Notes: a model not told the origin generated them from the letters alone. DNA of 64,000 bases from Casimicrobiaceae bacterium (GCA_035262745.1 DATFSE010000016.1:14348-78347); one strand, 5' to 3'; shown: positions 1 through 9,273, counted from the stretch's first letter. Program-made: numbers and translations.

Positions 1-22
1 GTGACGTTGAAAGAAGCGTCCT

Positions 23-460
23 GTGAACGGACCAACTACCACCCTGGTGAGTCGCGCGTCGCCGTCCTGGCGGACCATCGGCTCGCACGGCGTCGCGCTC
101 ACTATCGGTCTGGCCATCGCGCTCTCTCTCGACCCTCTTGCGAAGATCTCGAGCTCCCTAAGCGCCGCTGCTCGCACGGGCGACGATTTCCACCGTTCGC
201 TGCAAGCGGTGATGGTGGAGATGAGTACCGCGATGTGCATCGCTCCCAGCGAAGACGCCGACCGCGACTTTGCGCGGTCGATGATTCCGCATCACCGCGG
301 CGCGGTGGAGATGGCGCGGCTGGAGCTCGCTCACGGCCGCGATGAGCGGCTGCGGCGGCTGGCGCAAGGAATCATCGTGGAGCAGTCGCAGGAGATCGCG
401 CTCATGCAGAGCATTCTCGCAGGGCCTGATCTTCCGCGCACGGTCGCTCGCAATCCCTAG
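23..460 (+). CDS. DUF305 family (ferritin-like, metal-stress associated) protein
   Basis: 145-aa ORF. The C-terminal half carries the DUF305 hallmark 'DFARSMIPHHRGAVEMA ... GIIVEQSQEIALMQSIL'. Hydrophobic N-terminal segment 'GVALTIGLAIALSL'. An in-frame TGA at 2-4 places the start (GTG 23) inside the window; the exact start is uncertain. Confidence 0.7.
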   Translation: MNGPTTTLVSRASPSWRTIGSHGVALTIGLAIALSLDPLAKISSSLSAAARTGDDFHRSLQAVMVEMSTAMCIAPSEDADRDFARSMIPHHRGAVEMARLELAHGRDERLRRLAQGIIVEQSQEIALMQSILAGPDLPRTVARNP

Positions 461-473
461 GGGGGCGCAAGAC

Positions 474-1925
474 ATGCCCACACTCAAGGCTACATTCGGA
501 TTGGCGATTGCGTTGCTCGTCGCCATGCCGCTCCCGGCGAATGCGGGTCAAGCTCCCGCTGCCGCCGCGGCGCCGGACATACCGATCAGCTCACGCGATC
601 GGGTCTACCTCGGCGAGCAGTTCTCCAACACGATTTCAGTGGTCGACCCGGCCAGCAATACATTCGTCGGGGCGATCCATCTGGGTGATCCCCTGCCCGG
701 CAACATGAGCCCGCTCTATCGCGGTCAGTTGCTGGTGCACGGACTGGGCTTTTCGCCCGATCACCATACTCTTGTCGCAGTGTCGATCGGATCGAACTCG
801 GTGAGCTTCGTCGACACCACCACCAACGCAGTGAAGCACATCACCTACGTCGGCCGTTCGCCGCACGAGGCGTTCTTCACGCCCGACGGGCGCGAGGTGT
901 GGGTGAGCGTGCGCGGCGAGAACTACATCGCCGTGCTCGACGCGAAGCGCTACAGCGAGATCGCACGCATTCCCGTAGCCAACGGTCCAGGCATGGTCAT
1001 CTTCTCTCCGGACGGCCGTTATGGCTACATCTGCTCGAGCTTCTCGCCGCAGACGTTGGTGATCGACGCGCGCACCCGTCACGTCGCAGGCCGTGTGGTG
1101 CAGCCCTCGCCGTTCTGCCCGAACATCGCCGCCGCGCCGCGCGGAGACCAGGTCTGGTTCACACTCAAGGACGTGGGCAAGGTAGTCGCGTTCAACGCCA
1201 AGCCGCCGTTCAACGTGCTGCGCGAAATCGATACCGGGCCTCTTACCAACCACGTCAATTTTGCGGTCACCCGCGAAGGGCAGCTCGCGTACGTGACTGT
1301 CGGCGGATTGAATCAAGTGCAGGTATTCCGTACGGACACCTTCGAGCGCATCGCGACCATACCCACCGGTCCGCTTCCACACGGCATCTGGCCCTCGGGT
1401 GATGGCACACGCATGTATGTCGGCATCGAGAACGGCAACTCGGTCAGTGCGATCGATACCGGGCTCCAGCGGGTAGTAGCAACGATCTCGACCGGCGAAG
1501 CCGCGCAGGCAGTGGTCTATGTGCCGAATGCCGTACCGCAGGGCAATGGACACAGCAATCTTATGCCCCTCGGTGCCGCCGCGACAGCGACGCACCTCGA
1601 GCTTGGGCCAGTCGGTGCACCCGATGCGCAGACCAGCGTCGCACTGTTTGATCAGGGACTGACGCAAATCCTGCAGGCCGCCGTGAGCGGACTCGCGCCC
1701 AAGACAGCATACGTGCTGGCGCTCGCGGACAACCCGCAGGGAAACCCGCCACTGCAAGCACTTGCCGTCTTTTCAACCAATCCCGCTGGTGCAGCGGTCG
1801 TCAACGCAGTCGGGCCTATCCGTCAGGTTGTATCAGTGGATGCTCCCGCACCGCGTCGGTATCTCGTTATCGCGTCCATGAAGGATGGCGAGCCCGCGGC
1901 ACCCGTACAAGTGCAGCGACCGTGA
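474..1925 (+). CDS. Secreted YVTN-type beta-propeller repeat protein
   Basis: Track ORF 342..1925 trimmed to ATG 474, which opens a signal peptide 'MPTLKATFGLAIALLVAMPLPANA'. Repeated approx 40-aa units of the type 'V.VVD..tn..v..I.vG..P.g...SPDG....V'. Extra C-terminal domain of approx 150 aa. Confidence 0.75.
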   Translation: MPTLKATFGLAIALLVAMPLPANAGQAPAAAAAPDIPISSRDRVYLGEQFSNTISVVDPASNTFVGAIHLGDPLPGNMSPLYRGQLLVHGLGFSPDHHTLVAVSIGSNSVSFVDTTTNAVKHITYVGRSPHEAFFTPDGREVWVSVRGENYIAVLDAKRYSEIARIPVANGPGMVIFSPDGRYGYICSSFSPQTLVIDARTRHVAGRVVQPSPFCPNIAAAPRGDQVWFTLKDVGKVVAFNAKPPFNVLREIDTGPLTNHVNFAVTREGQLAYVTVGGLNQVQVFRTDTFERIATIPTGPLPHGIWPSGDGTRMYVGIENGNSVSAIDTGLQRVVATISTGEAAQAVVYVPNAVPQGNGHSNLMPLGAAATATHLELGPVGAPDAQTSVALFDQGLTQILQAAVSGLAPKTAYVLALADNPQGNPPLQALAVFSTNPAGAAVVNAVGPIRQVVSVDAPAPRRYLVIASMKDGEPAAPVQVQRP

Positions 1926-1934
1926 TCGAAAACG

Positions 1935-2336
1935 ATGATCGCAGACGGAATCACCACGCTGCCGAGCGAATTCGGCGCCAAGGAGACCATGGACCGGCTG
2001 GAAGCGCTGGTCAAGACGAATGGTATGGTCCTGTTTGCGCGCATCGACCATGCCGCGGGTGCGCGAGAGGTCGGCCTCACTCTGCGGCCGATGGAGCTCC
2101 TCATCTTCGGCAGCGCCAAAGCCGGTACTCCGCTCATGCAGTTGAACCAGGTCATCGGTATCGATCTGCCGCTGAAGGCGCTGGTGTGGGAAGATGCGAA
2201 GGGCAAAGCCCTGCTCTCCTATAACGAGCCGGGCTGGCTCGCCAATCGCCATGGGCTTGGCGGTGAATCGGAGGTCGCCGTCCAGCGCATGACGGCGGTG
2301 CTGCGCGGTCTCGCGAAGAGTGCTACCGAGCGATGA
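1935..2336 (+). CDS. DUF302 domain protein
   Basis: 133 aa. 'ETMDRLEALVKTNGMVLFARIDHAAGAREVGL.LRPMELLIFGSAKAGTPLM...IGIDLPLKALVWEDAKGKALLSYN' matches the DUF302 pattern. Starts 10 nt after the propeller gene. Confidence 0.8.
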   Translation: MIADGITTLPSEFGAKETMDRLEALVKTNGMVLFARIDHAAGAREVGLTLRPMELLIFGSAKAGTPLMQLNQVIGIDLPLKALVWEDAKGKALLSYNEPGWLANRHGLGGESEVAVQRMTAVLRGLAKSATER

Positions 2337-2351
2337 CGCCGTGGCACTCTT

Positions 2352-4109
2352 GTGTTCGGCACGACAACGCCGGACCCAGAGTTTGGTTTCAATGACCTGC
2401 CCATGAGCGCCACAGACCCCAGCCCGATGACGGTCGACAACCTGCCCGACGCGCTCGCCAGCCGGCGCCACCAGATGTTTCCCGCGCTGAGCGAAGCGGA
2501 AGTCGCGCGCATCCGCCGCTTCGGGACGGTGCGGCGCTATAGCAAAGGCGAGCGCTTGTTCGCGGTGGGGGAGCCGAGTCCGGGAATGTTCGTCGTGCTC
2601 AAGGGAAAGACGGTGATCAGCCAGCGCGACGGCCTGGGGCACGTCGAACCGATAACAGGCCAGGGAGCAGGTCAATTCATTGGCGAAGTCGCCACCCTGT
2701 CTGGCCGCCACACGCTTGTTGACGCGCACGCCGAGGAAGATGTCGAGGCACTGCTGATACCCCCGGATCTATTGCGCGCGATGATCATCGCCGAGGCCGA
2801 TCTCGGTGAGCGCATCGTGCGCGCCTTGATACTGCGCCGAGTCGGGCTGCTCGAGGCACGCTCCACCGGACCAGTGCTGATCGGGGAGGCGCAATCACCT
2901 CAGGTGTTGCGTCTGCAGACGTTTCTGAAGCGAAACGGCCACCCGTACCAGGTTGTCGACGGCAAGCGCGACGACGCAGCAGCCGCGATGCTCGAGCAAT
3001 ACGGCGCTGCCGCGGACGCGGTCCTCGTGGTGTGTCCGAACGGGTCCGTGCTCGTCGACCCCTCGGAAGACGCGCTGGGGCGCGCTCTGGGCATGCTCGA
3101 TGTCGCGCACCACGATGAGACCTTCGACGTGGTCGTCGTCGGTGCCGGCCCGGCTGGCCTCGCCACCGCGGTCTACGCTGCATCGGAAGGCTTGCATGTG
3201 GGTGTGCTCGACTGCCGCTCCTTCGGGGGACAGGCCGGCGCAAGCGCGCGCATCGAAAACTACCTCGGGTTTCCCACCGGGATCTCGGGTCAAGCGCTGG
3301 CCGGCCGCGCTTTTGTTCAAGCGCAGAAGTTTGGTGCGGAGATCCTCATACCAGCGGAAGCGGCAGCGCTCGACTGCAGCCGCGCAAGAGTGATGGGCGA
3401 ATTGACCGTGGCTCTCAGGGACGGACGAAAGCTCAAGTCGCGTACGGTGGTGATCGCAAGCGGCGCCCGGTATCGCCGGCCGGACGTTCCGCGGCTCATT
3501 GAGTTCGAGGGCCGCGGCGTATGGTATTGGGCTTCCGCACTGGAAGCCAAAATGTGTGCGCAAACCGAGGTTGCTCTGGTCGGAGGCGGGAACTCCGCGG
3601 GCCAGGCAGCAGTCTTTCTGGCAGAGCACGCCTCGAAGGTTCATTTGCTTGTGCGGGGTCCGAGCCTCGCCGCTACCATGTCGCGCTACCTGATCGACCG
3701 CATCGCGGCTACGCCGAACATCGAACTGCATGCGCATACGCAGTTGACCGAGCTTCACGGCGATCCGGCCGTGGGACTCGACTCGATCACCTGGCGCGAT
3801 TCGCAACGAGGCGTCGACGAGACGCATCCGATCCGCAACGTCTTCCTTTTCGTCGGTGCCGACCCGGAAACGGATTGGCTTCACGGGTGCACTGTCGAGC
3901 TCGACTCCAATGGCTTTGTGCTGACCGGCCGCGCGTGTCGGCGCTCGGCTGCTTCAGATAGCTCATCGGCAGCGCTCGAATCGACTGTACCGGGCGTCTT
4001 TGCCGTCGGTGATGTGCGCTCCGGATCGGTAAAACGCGTGGGCGCGGCGATCGGAGAAGGCGCAGCCGTCGTCGCGTCGATCCATCAATATCTGGCGATC
4101 GAAGCCTGA
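2352..4109 (+). CDS. Cyclic-nucleotide-binding domain fused to a thioredoxin-reductase-like FAD/NAD(P) flavoprotein (no CxxC)
   Basis: N-terminal cNMP-binding beta-roll ('GERLFAVGEPSPGMFVVLKG ... FIGEVATLSGR'). FAD motif 'VVVVGAGPAGLATAVYAASEG' and NAD(P) motif 'ALVGGGNSAGQAAVFLA'. C-terminal 'GVFAVGDVRSGSVKRVGAAIGEGA'. Start is uncertain (GTG 2352 or ATG 2403). Confidence 0.8.
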   Translation: MFGTTTPDPEFGFNDLPMSATDPSPMTVDNLPDALASRRHQMFPALSEAEVARIRRFGTVRRYSKGERLFAVGEPSPGMFVVLKGKTVISQRDGLGHVEPITGQGAGQFIGEVATLSGRHTLVDAHAEEDVEALLIPPDLLRAMIIAEADLGERIVRALILRRVGLLEARSTGPVLIGEAQSPQVLRLQTFLKRNGHPYQVVDGKRDDAAAAMLEQYGAAADAVLVVCPNGSVLVDPSEDALGRALGMLDVAHHDETFDVVVVGAGPAGLATAVYAASEGLHVGVLDCRSFGGQAGASARIENYLGFPTGISGQALAGRAFVQAQKFGAEILIPAEAAALDCSRARVMGELTVALRDGRKLKSRTVVIASGARYRRPDVPRLIEFEGRGVWYWASALEAKMCAQTEVALVGGGNSAGQAAVFLAEHASKVHLLVRGPSLAATMSRYLIDRIAATPNIELHAHTQLTELHGDPAVGLDSITWRDSQRGVDETHPIRNVFLFVGADPETDWLHGCTVELDSNGFVLTGRACRRSAASDSSSAALESTVPGVFAVGDVRSGSVKRVGAAIGEGAAVVASIHQYLAIEA

Positions 4110-4130
4110 TCGCAATCGAGAAGGAATAGC

Positions 4131-4376
4131 ATGGAAGATCAAGCGAAGGACGCTCCCGTACTGACACACATCCAGGAGCTGATGGCCGAAGAACATCGGC
4201 TGTTCGACAAGAAATCGCTCGATGCGACAGAGCATCACCGGCTGGCCGACGTGCAGGTCGAGCTCGACCAGTGCTGGGATCTCCTGCGCCAGCGTCGCGC
4301 GCTGCGCGAGACGGGCCGTGACGATCGGGAAGCGCAGGTGCGCCCGGCAAACGTTGTAGAAAAGTATGTGGGATGA
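4131..4376 (+). CDS. DUF2630-like small protein
   Basis: 81 aa. 'ILTHIQELMAEEHRL ... HRLADVQVELDQCWDLLRQRRALRE' resembles the DUF2630 family. Its stop overlaps the start of the next gene (ATGA at 4373-4376). Confidence 0.6.
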   Translation: MEDQAKDAPVLTHIQELMAEEHRLFDKKSLDATEHHRLADVQVELDQCWDLLRQRRALRETGRDDREAQVRPANVVEKYVG

Positions 4377-4774
4377 AATCGGTACCGACCCTTGTGTCTG
4401 TAACGAGCTCGGGAACAACCGGCTACGCTCAGCTCGCCGAAGCGCGTGGCCACGAGTTGCGCGCGGACGAACCCACCGAAGCAGGCGGTTCCGACACCGG
4501 GCCTCGTCCTACCGAGCTGGTTTTGGCGGGCCTTGGAGCCTGCACGGCGATCACCCTGCGCATGTACGCCGAAAGAAAGGGCTGGAGCCTTGGCACCATC
4601 CAGGTGTCCATCGAACTGCAGGAAGAGGGCGAGGTGCACAGAATCGAGCGACGCATTGCGTTCAGTAGCGCATTGCCGCCGGCCCAGCGCAGGCGGTTGG
4701 CGGAAATAAGCGACAAGACTCCAGTGACGCGAATGCTGAAGGCCGGCATCGCGATCCGAACGATTCTGAGTTAA
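4373..4774 (+). CDS. OsmC/Ohr family protein
   Basis: 133 aa. 'GGSDTGPRPTELVLAGLGACTAITLRMYAERKGW' and 'ISDKTPVTRML' are typical of the OsmC fold. Confidence 0.8.
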   Translation: MKSVPTLVSVTSSGTTGYAQLAEARGHELRADEPTEAGGSDTGPRPTELVLAGLGACTAITLRMYAERKGWSLGTIQVSIELQEEGEVHRIERRIAFSSALPPAQRRRLAEISDKTPVTRMLKAGIAIRTILS

Positions 4775-4792
4775 GCACGACCACGGCCGTTC

Positions 4793-4820
4793 GCAGCGGC
4801 GGCTGCCGCTGTGCTTTAGC
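4793..4820 (+). terminator. Candidate intrinsic terminator after the OsmC gene
   Basis: GCAGCGGC-ggct-GCCGCTGT hairpin (8 bp including one G-U pair, 4-nt loop) followed by 'gcttta'. The T-tract is weak. Confidence 0.35.
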
Positions 4821-4846
4821 TGAAGGGGATCTCTGCAGAGTCGCTC

Positions 4847-6469
4847 ATGACGTCCTCGGCGCCCATCGAGTCTCCAGGATCTCAACCGACCTCCTCGGTA
4901 ACCTCCGCTTGGAGTCCGCTGCAGAGCGCGCTGTTTCGCAGCCTCTGGATCGCCACCATCGTCTCCAACGTCGGCGGCTGGATGCAGGACGTCGGCGCCG
5001 GCTGGCTGATGACCGAGCTGTCGTCGTCGCCTTCGATGGTCGCGCTGGTCGAGGCCGCGGACAGTTTTCCCGTGATGCTGCTCGCGCTCCCTGCCGGAGC
5101 GCTGGCCGACATCATCGACCGGCGGCGCCTGCTCATCGCCATTCAGGTCTATCTGTTGCTCGTCGCTGCGGCGCTTGGAATCCTGACGTTGCTCAACTTG
5201 ACCACGGCGTGGCTGCTGCTGGGGTTTACGTTCGCGCTCGGCGTGGGCGCGGCTGTGACGATGCCGGCGTGGTCGGCGATCGTCCCGGATCTTGTGCGAC
5301 CCGACCAACTAGGGGCGGCGGTGGCGCTCAACAGCGTCGCCATCAACGCGTCGCGAGCGATTGGGCCCGCTATTGCCGGATTACTGGTTGCTGCAGTCGG
5401 GCCCTGGCTGGTCTTCATCCTCAACGCGCTGTCGTACATCGGCATCGTCGTCGTGCTCGTGCGCTGGCGGCGAGAACATCGCAAGAGCACGCTTCCCGCC
5501 GAAAGATTCTTAAGCGCCATCCGCGTCGGCATGCGCTTCGTGATGAACACAGATGCGCTGCAAGGCGTGCTCATTCGAGGCATCGGATTTTTCGTATTCG
5601 CCAGCGCCACCTGGTCGCTGTTTCCGCTGATCGTGCGCAAGGAACTCGGCCGCGGACCGGAAGTGTATGGGCTCTTGCTTACCTGCATCGGTGCCGGCGC
5701 GGTCGCCGGCGCGATGGTGCTGCCGCGCGTGAGAGCGCGAGTTTCGCGCGATGTACTCGTCGCAGGTGCGAGCGGGCTCTACGCGCTGGCCGCGCTTGCG
5801 CTGGCGTATGTGCAGAGCATCGCCCTGCTTGCCGTCGCGATGCTGGCCACGGGCGTTGCCTGGATCTCCATACTCTCCGCGCTGCAGGTTTCGGCGCAGA
5901 TGACCTTGCCGCCATGGGTGCGCGCTCGCGGGCTCGCTGCCTTTGTCGTTGTGTTGATGGGCGGAATGGCGCTGGGCAGCATTCTATGGGGACAGGTCGC
6001 GACGCTCGTCGGTATTCCCACAGCGCTGACCCTAGCTGCCGTCGGGATGGTGCTCGCGATCGGCGCGACTTGGCGGTTCAAGCTGGGTCGGCATCAGGTG
6101 CTGGATTTCTCTCCGTCGTCGGACTGGCCGCTGCCGGTGCTCGCCGAAACGCCCGAGCCCGACGTGCCGGTCCTGGTCACCATCAAATACAGAATTCAAG
6201 CCGACAAGCGCACCGAGTTCGTGGCGGCCATGCAGGACGTGCGCAAAATGCGCCGCCGCAACGGAGCTTATTACTGGCAGCTCTTCCACGACTCCGAGGA
6301 TCCCACGTGCTTCATAGAAACGTTCATGGACGAATCGTGGATGGAGCATCTGCGCCTGCACGAGCGCGCGAGCATCGCCGACCGAGAAGTTCAGCGCATC
6401 GCCAAGCAGTACCTGGTCGAAGGCGAAACGACCCATTCATCGCACTGGCTCGGCGATCGCGAATCCTGA
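4847..6469 (+). CDS. MFS transporter (EntS/MFS_3-like) with a C-terminal ABM/Dabb-like soluble domain
   Basis: 540 aa with about 12 hydrophobic helices. 'FRSLWIATIVSNVGGWMQDVGAGWLM' is typical of the transmembrane-secretion-effector MFS_3 family. The last approx 100 aa, 'VLVTIKYRIQADKRTEFVAAMQDVRKMRRRNGAYYWQLFHDSEDPTCFIETFMDESWMEHL', look like a ferredoxin-like ABM domain. Confidence 0.8.
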   Translation: MTSSAPIESPGSQPTSSVTSAWSPLQSALFRSLWIATIVSNVGGWMQDVGAGWLMTELSSSPSMVALVEAADSFPVMLLALPAGALADIIDRRRLLIAIQVYLLLVAAALGILTLLNLTTAWLLLGFTFALGVGAAVTMPAWSAIVPDLVRPDQLGAAVALNSVAINASRAIGPAIAGLLVAAVGPWLVFILNALSYIGIVVVLVRWRREHRKSTLPAERFLSAIRVGMRFVMNTDALQGVLIRGIGFFVFASATWSLFPLIVRKELGRGPEVYGLLLTCIGAGAVAGAMVLPRVRARVSRDVLVAGASGLYALAALALAYVQSIALLAVAMLATGVAWISILSALQVSAQMTLPPWVRARGLAAFVVVLMGGMALGSILWGQVATLVGIPTALTLAAVGMVLAIGATWRFKLGRHQVLDFSPSSDWPLPVLAETPEPDVPVLVTIKYRIQADKRTEFVAAMQDVRKMRRRNGAYYWQLFHDSEDPTCFIETFMDESWMEHLRLHERASIADREVQRIAKQYLVEGETTHSSHWLGDRES

Positions 6470-6485
6470 CCACAAAGGTAAGGTT

Positions 6486-6953
6486 TTGCTCGGTGAAAAG
6501 TGGGCAGGGTGCTACGCCGGCATTGCGGCTGGGATCGTCGCCAGCCTGTTCGAGCTGGCGTCGTGGTCATTGTTCACGCATGCATTGCCAGGAATCTTCT
6601 TACGGGACGTCCGCTTTGCCGCCGCGATCGTCATGGGACCTCAAGCGCTGTCATCCATAGACACATTTGACTGGACGACATTCCTCGTTGCCACGCTCGT
6701 TCACTTTGCGCTTTGCATCGTCTACGGTCTCATCTTGGCAAGTTTGATCCGCCGACTTCGCGCTATCCCTTCCCTGCTCGCAGGAAGCGCATTTGGCTTA
6801 GGGCTGTACCTGATCAATATGCACGGGTTCACGATTCTATTCCCATGGTTCGAGGCGGCGCGCGACTGGATCACTATTACAGCGCATGTGACGTTTGGGG
6901 TCACCGCGGCTGGCTTTTACACGTTACTCGTGAAGTTGCGGACACCGAAATAG
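6486..6953 (+). CDS. Hypothetical integral membrane protein (about 4 TM)
   Basis: 155-aa ORF with a TTG start and four clear hydrophobic segments. No family recognised. Confidence 0.5.
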   Translation: MLGEKWAGCYAGIAAGIVASLFELASWSLFTHALPGIFLRDVRFAAAIVMGPQALSSIDTFDWTTFLVATLVHFALCIVYGLILASLIRRLRAIPSLLAGSAFGLGLYLINMHGFTILFPWFEAARDWITITAHVTFGVTAAGFYTLLVKLRTPK

Positions 6954-7039
6954 TTTCCGACCACAGCGGACTGATACCCGGCTCGTCATCTTTTAAAACA
7001 GCGATTGATGGCCAAGGCTCGACATGGGCAGTGCGGTTC

Positions 7040-7492
7040 TTAGTCGGGCGCCATGCCTTTGTCGGTCAGTTCCTTGATGGCCGCCTCGTTCTTCGACAAG
7101 TGTCCGAGCCGCATGCCGCGCAACACATGCGGCGCTTTGGTGAATTGAATATTCTCGTAGCCGACGATTTCGATGCGGTTGCCCCAGGGATCGAGAAAAT
7201 CGAGAAACGGTCCCGGCAGGGTCTGCACGCCTGCGTCGGCTAAGGCTTTGCGTGCGGCTTCTTTGTTATCCACTACCAGGCCGAAATGACGGCCGTCGTC
7301 GGCGGGCTGTGTCCGTCCTTTCTGCAAGGCGATGAACTGGTCTCCCAGATCGATGAACGCCATCGATTCTTCCTTGCTGCGCAGCGTGAAATCGAACAGG
7401 CGACCGTAGAAGGCGAGCGCCGCGTCGATGTCGCCCACCTCGAGGGCGACGTGGTTGAAGCCGACGAGGCGGGGTTTTTTGGCTTGAGACAT
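7040..7492 (-). CDS. VOC (glyoxalase/bleomycin-resistance/dioxygenase) family protein
   Basis: 150 aa. 'GFNHVALEVGDIDAALAFYGRLF' and 'HFGLVVDN ... LDFLDPWGNRIEIV' are typical VOC half-domain motifs. Confidence 0.85.
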   Translation of the reverse strand: MSQAKKPRLVGFNHVALEVGDIDAALAFYGRLFDFTLRSKEESMAFIDLGDQFIALQKGRTQPADDGRHFGLVVDNKEAARKALADAGVQTLPGPFLDFLDPWGNRIEIVGYENIQFTKAPHVLRGMRLGHLSKNEAAIKELTDKGMAPD

Positions 7493-7505
7493 GGATTTCT
7501 CCTTG

Positions 7506-8012
7506 TCAGCGGGTGTACAGCACCCCGGCTGGGCTTGGTGTCGGTGACTTCCAGCCGAGAAGCGTCACGAACACGATGTAATGGGTGACCAGCAGCGCGG
7601 GAACCCAGAAAGCCGGAATCCAATAAGCAGGTCCCATAAACGGAGCTGCCCCGTAGACCGTGGCCAGGGTGATCGCATTCAGAAGATCCAGAGTTCCTAC
7701 GATGTTGAAGATCCAGACCGCGATTCGTGCAGCTTTGGCTTCTCGTGCCACCAACGGAATTGATATTAACGCGAGTAGCGCCGCGACCAGATCGCCAAGA
7801 GCGGCCGGATAAGCGAACTGCGCCGGCATGCCGGCATAAATCGCTCCGGGCGCGAGAAACATCAGTCCCAGATGGCGCAGCGAGTGCAGCAGAAGAATCG
7901 GGAGCAGAATCGCCTTGGGGTTCAACTCATGAAGCTTCGGCAGCACATAGATCCTGGCAGCGATCCAGAACACCAGCGTGCTCAGGATCAGATTGACGGT
8001 GAGAATGTTCAT
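7506..8012 (-). CDS. Hypothetical integral membrane protein (about 5 TM)
   Basis: 168 aa, strongly hydrophobic. Sits between the thiolase and VOC genes on the same strand. Confidence 0.55.
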   Translation of the reverse strand: MNILTVNLILSTLVFWIAARIYVLPKLHELNPKAILLPILLLHSLRHLGLMFLAPGAIYAGMPAQFAYPAALGDLVAALLALISIPLVAREAKAARIAVWIFNIVGTLDLLNAITLATVYGAAPFMGPAYWIPAFWVPALLVTHYIVFVTLLGWKSPTPSPAGVLYTR

Positions 8013-8077
8013 GGCGACCTCGATTGCTTGAGCTTATTGCGCGCGGTCACCGGTCGATACGGCATCGGGCGCCAGCA

Positions 8078-9262
8078 TCAGAGCGCTTCCAGCGCCAGCG
8101 CGATCCCCTGCCCTCCGCCGATGCACAGCGTCACGATGCCGCGCTTGAGCCCGTCGCGACGCATGGAGTGCAACAGTCGCGTGGTCAGCACGGCGCCAGT
8201 CGCACCGATGGGATGTCCGTGCGCGATTGCACCACCTTCGATGTTGACGATGTCCTCCGGAAGCCCGAGTTCACGCAGCACCGCAAGCGGTACCGCGGCG
8301 AAGGCTTCGTTGATTTCCACGCGGTCGATATCGCGCAAGTTCCAATGCGCCCGTGCCAGCGCCTGCTTGACCGCCGGTACCGGTCCGATGCCGAACATGC
8401 CTGGCTCGACCGCTGCGACCCCGAAGGCCGCGAGCCGCGCCATCGGCTCCAGTCCGTGTCTGTCGGCGAAAGATCGATCGACGACGATGACCGCCGCGGC
8501 GCCGCTGTTGAGTCCGGGCGCGTTGCCCGCGGTGATCGTGCCATCCTTGCGAAATGCGGGCTTGAGCTTGGCGAGCCCCTCCAGCGTGGTGTCCGGGCGA
8601 TTCGCCTCGTCGCTGGCAAACACTGTCGGACCTTTTCGACCAGGGATCTCGACTCCGACGATTTCCGCGGCGAAGTGTCCCGCGCTCTGCGCCGCAGCGA
8701 AGCGCTTTTGCGAGCGTTCGGCCCAGCGATCCTGGTCTTCGCGCGTGATCTTGTTCCGTGCAACCAGGTCTTCGGTGTGCCAGCCGGAGTGCTCGCCGGA
8801 AAAAGCGTCGTTGAGGCCGTCGCGCAGCATGCTGTCGTAGATTTCCGTATCGCCCATGCGCTGACCCCAGCGTCCGCTGGGCAGCAGATAGGGTGCGCGG
8901 TCCATGTTTTCCATGCCGCCGGCGATGGCCGCATCGATGAGCCCGAGCGAGACCTCCTGTGCCGCCGAGGCAATCGCCTGAGCGCCCGAGCCGCAAACGC
9001 GATTGACCGTCATCGCCGGCACGGAAACAGGCAATCCCCCGCCGATCGCCGCCTGCCGGGCGGGATTCATGCGGTTGCCCGCCTGAATGACGTTGCCCAT
9101 GACCACGCTGCCAATCAGACCGGGATCGATCTTGGAGCGTCGCAGCGTCTCGCGAATCACTGCAGCACCCAGCTCGGTGGCCGGCGTGCCCTTCAGCGTG
9201 CCGTTAAAGGTTCCGATCGCAGTGCGAACGGGCTGAACCAGTAGAGTTTCTCTCGTAGACAT
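8078..9262 (-). CDS. Acetyl-CoA C-acetyltransferase (thiolase II)
   Basis: Track ORF trimmed to ATG 9262 ('MSTRETLLVQPVRTAIGTFNG'). Active-site 'NRVCGSGAQAI', 'NEAFAA', 'GGAIAHGHPIGATG' and C-terminal 'LCIGGGQGIALALE'. Confidence 0.93.
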   Translation of the reverse strand: MSTRETLLVQPVRTAIGTFNGTLKGTPATELGAAVIRETLRRSKIDPGLIGSVVMGNVIQAGNRMNPARQAAIGGGLPVSVPAMTVNRVCGSGAQAIASAAQEVSLGLIDAAIAGGMENMDRAPYLLPSGRWGQRMGDTEIYDSMLRDGLNDAFSGEHSGWHTEDLVARNKITREDQDRWAERSQKRFAAAQSAGHFAAEIVGVEIPGRKGPTVFASDEANRPDTTLEGLAKLKPAFRKDGTITAGNAPGLNSGAAAVIVVDRSFADRHGLEPMARLAAFGVAAVEPGMFGIGPVPAVKQALARAHWNLRDIDRVEINEAFAAVPLAVLRELGLPEDIVNIEGGAIAHGHPIGATGAVLTTRLLHSMRRDGLKRGIVTLCIGGGQGIALALEAL

Positions 9263-9273
9263 GGAATGACTTT

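Noticed and set aside
1-345. 114-aa ORF starting at position 1 (GTG).
   Set aside because: Its translation is Arg-rich and low-complexity, and it overlaps the DUF305 gene in another frame. It is probably a shadow ORF.
4909-6660. 583-aa alternative-frame ORF on the + strand overlapping the MFS transporter.
   Set aside because: The translation is dominated by Arg/Ala/Gly runs with no hydrophobic or domain structure. The MFS frame carries clear TM helices and family motifs.
8024-9244. 406-aa ORF on the + strand antisense to the thiolase gene. Similar cases are 22265..23368 (+) antisense to the DSD1 gene, 26000..27322 (+) antisense to the ABC genes, and 54955..55815 (-) antisense to mlaA.
   Set aside because: These are typical high-GC shadow ORFs. 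They are Arg/Ala/Gly/Pro-rich with low complexity and no family motifs. Each fully overlaps a gene with strong family signatures on the other strand.
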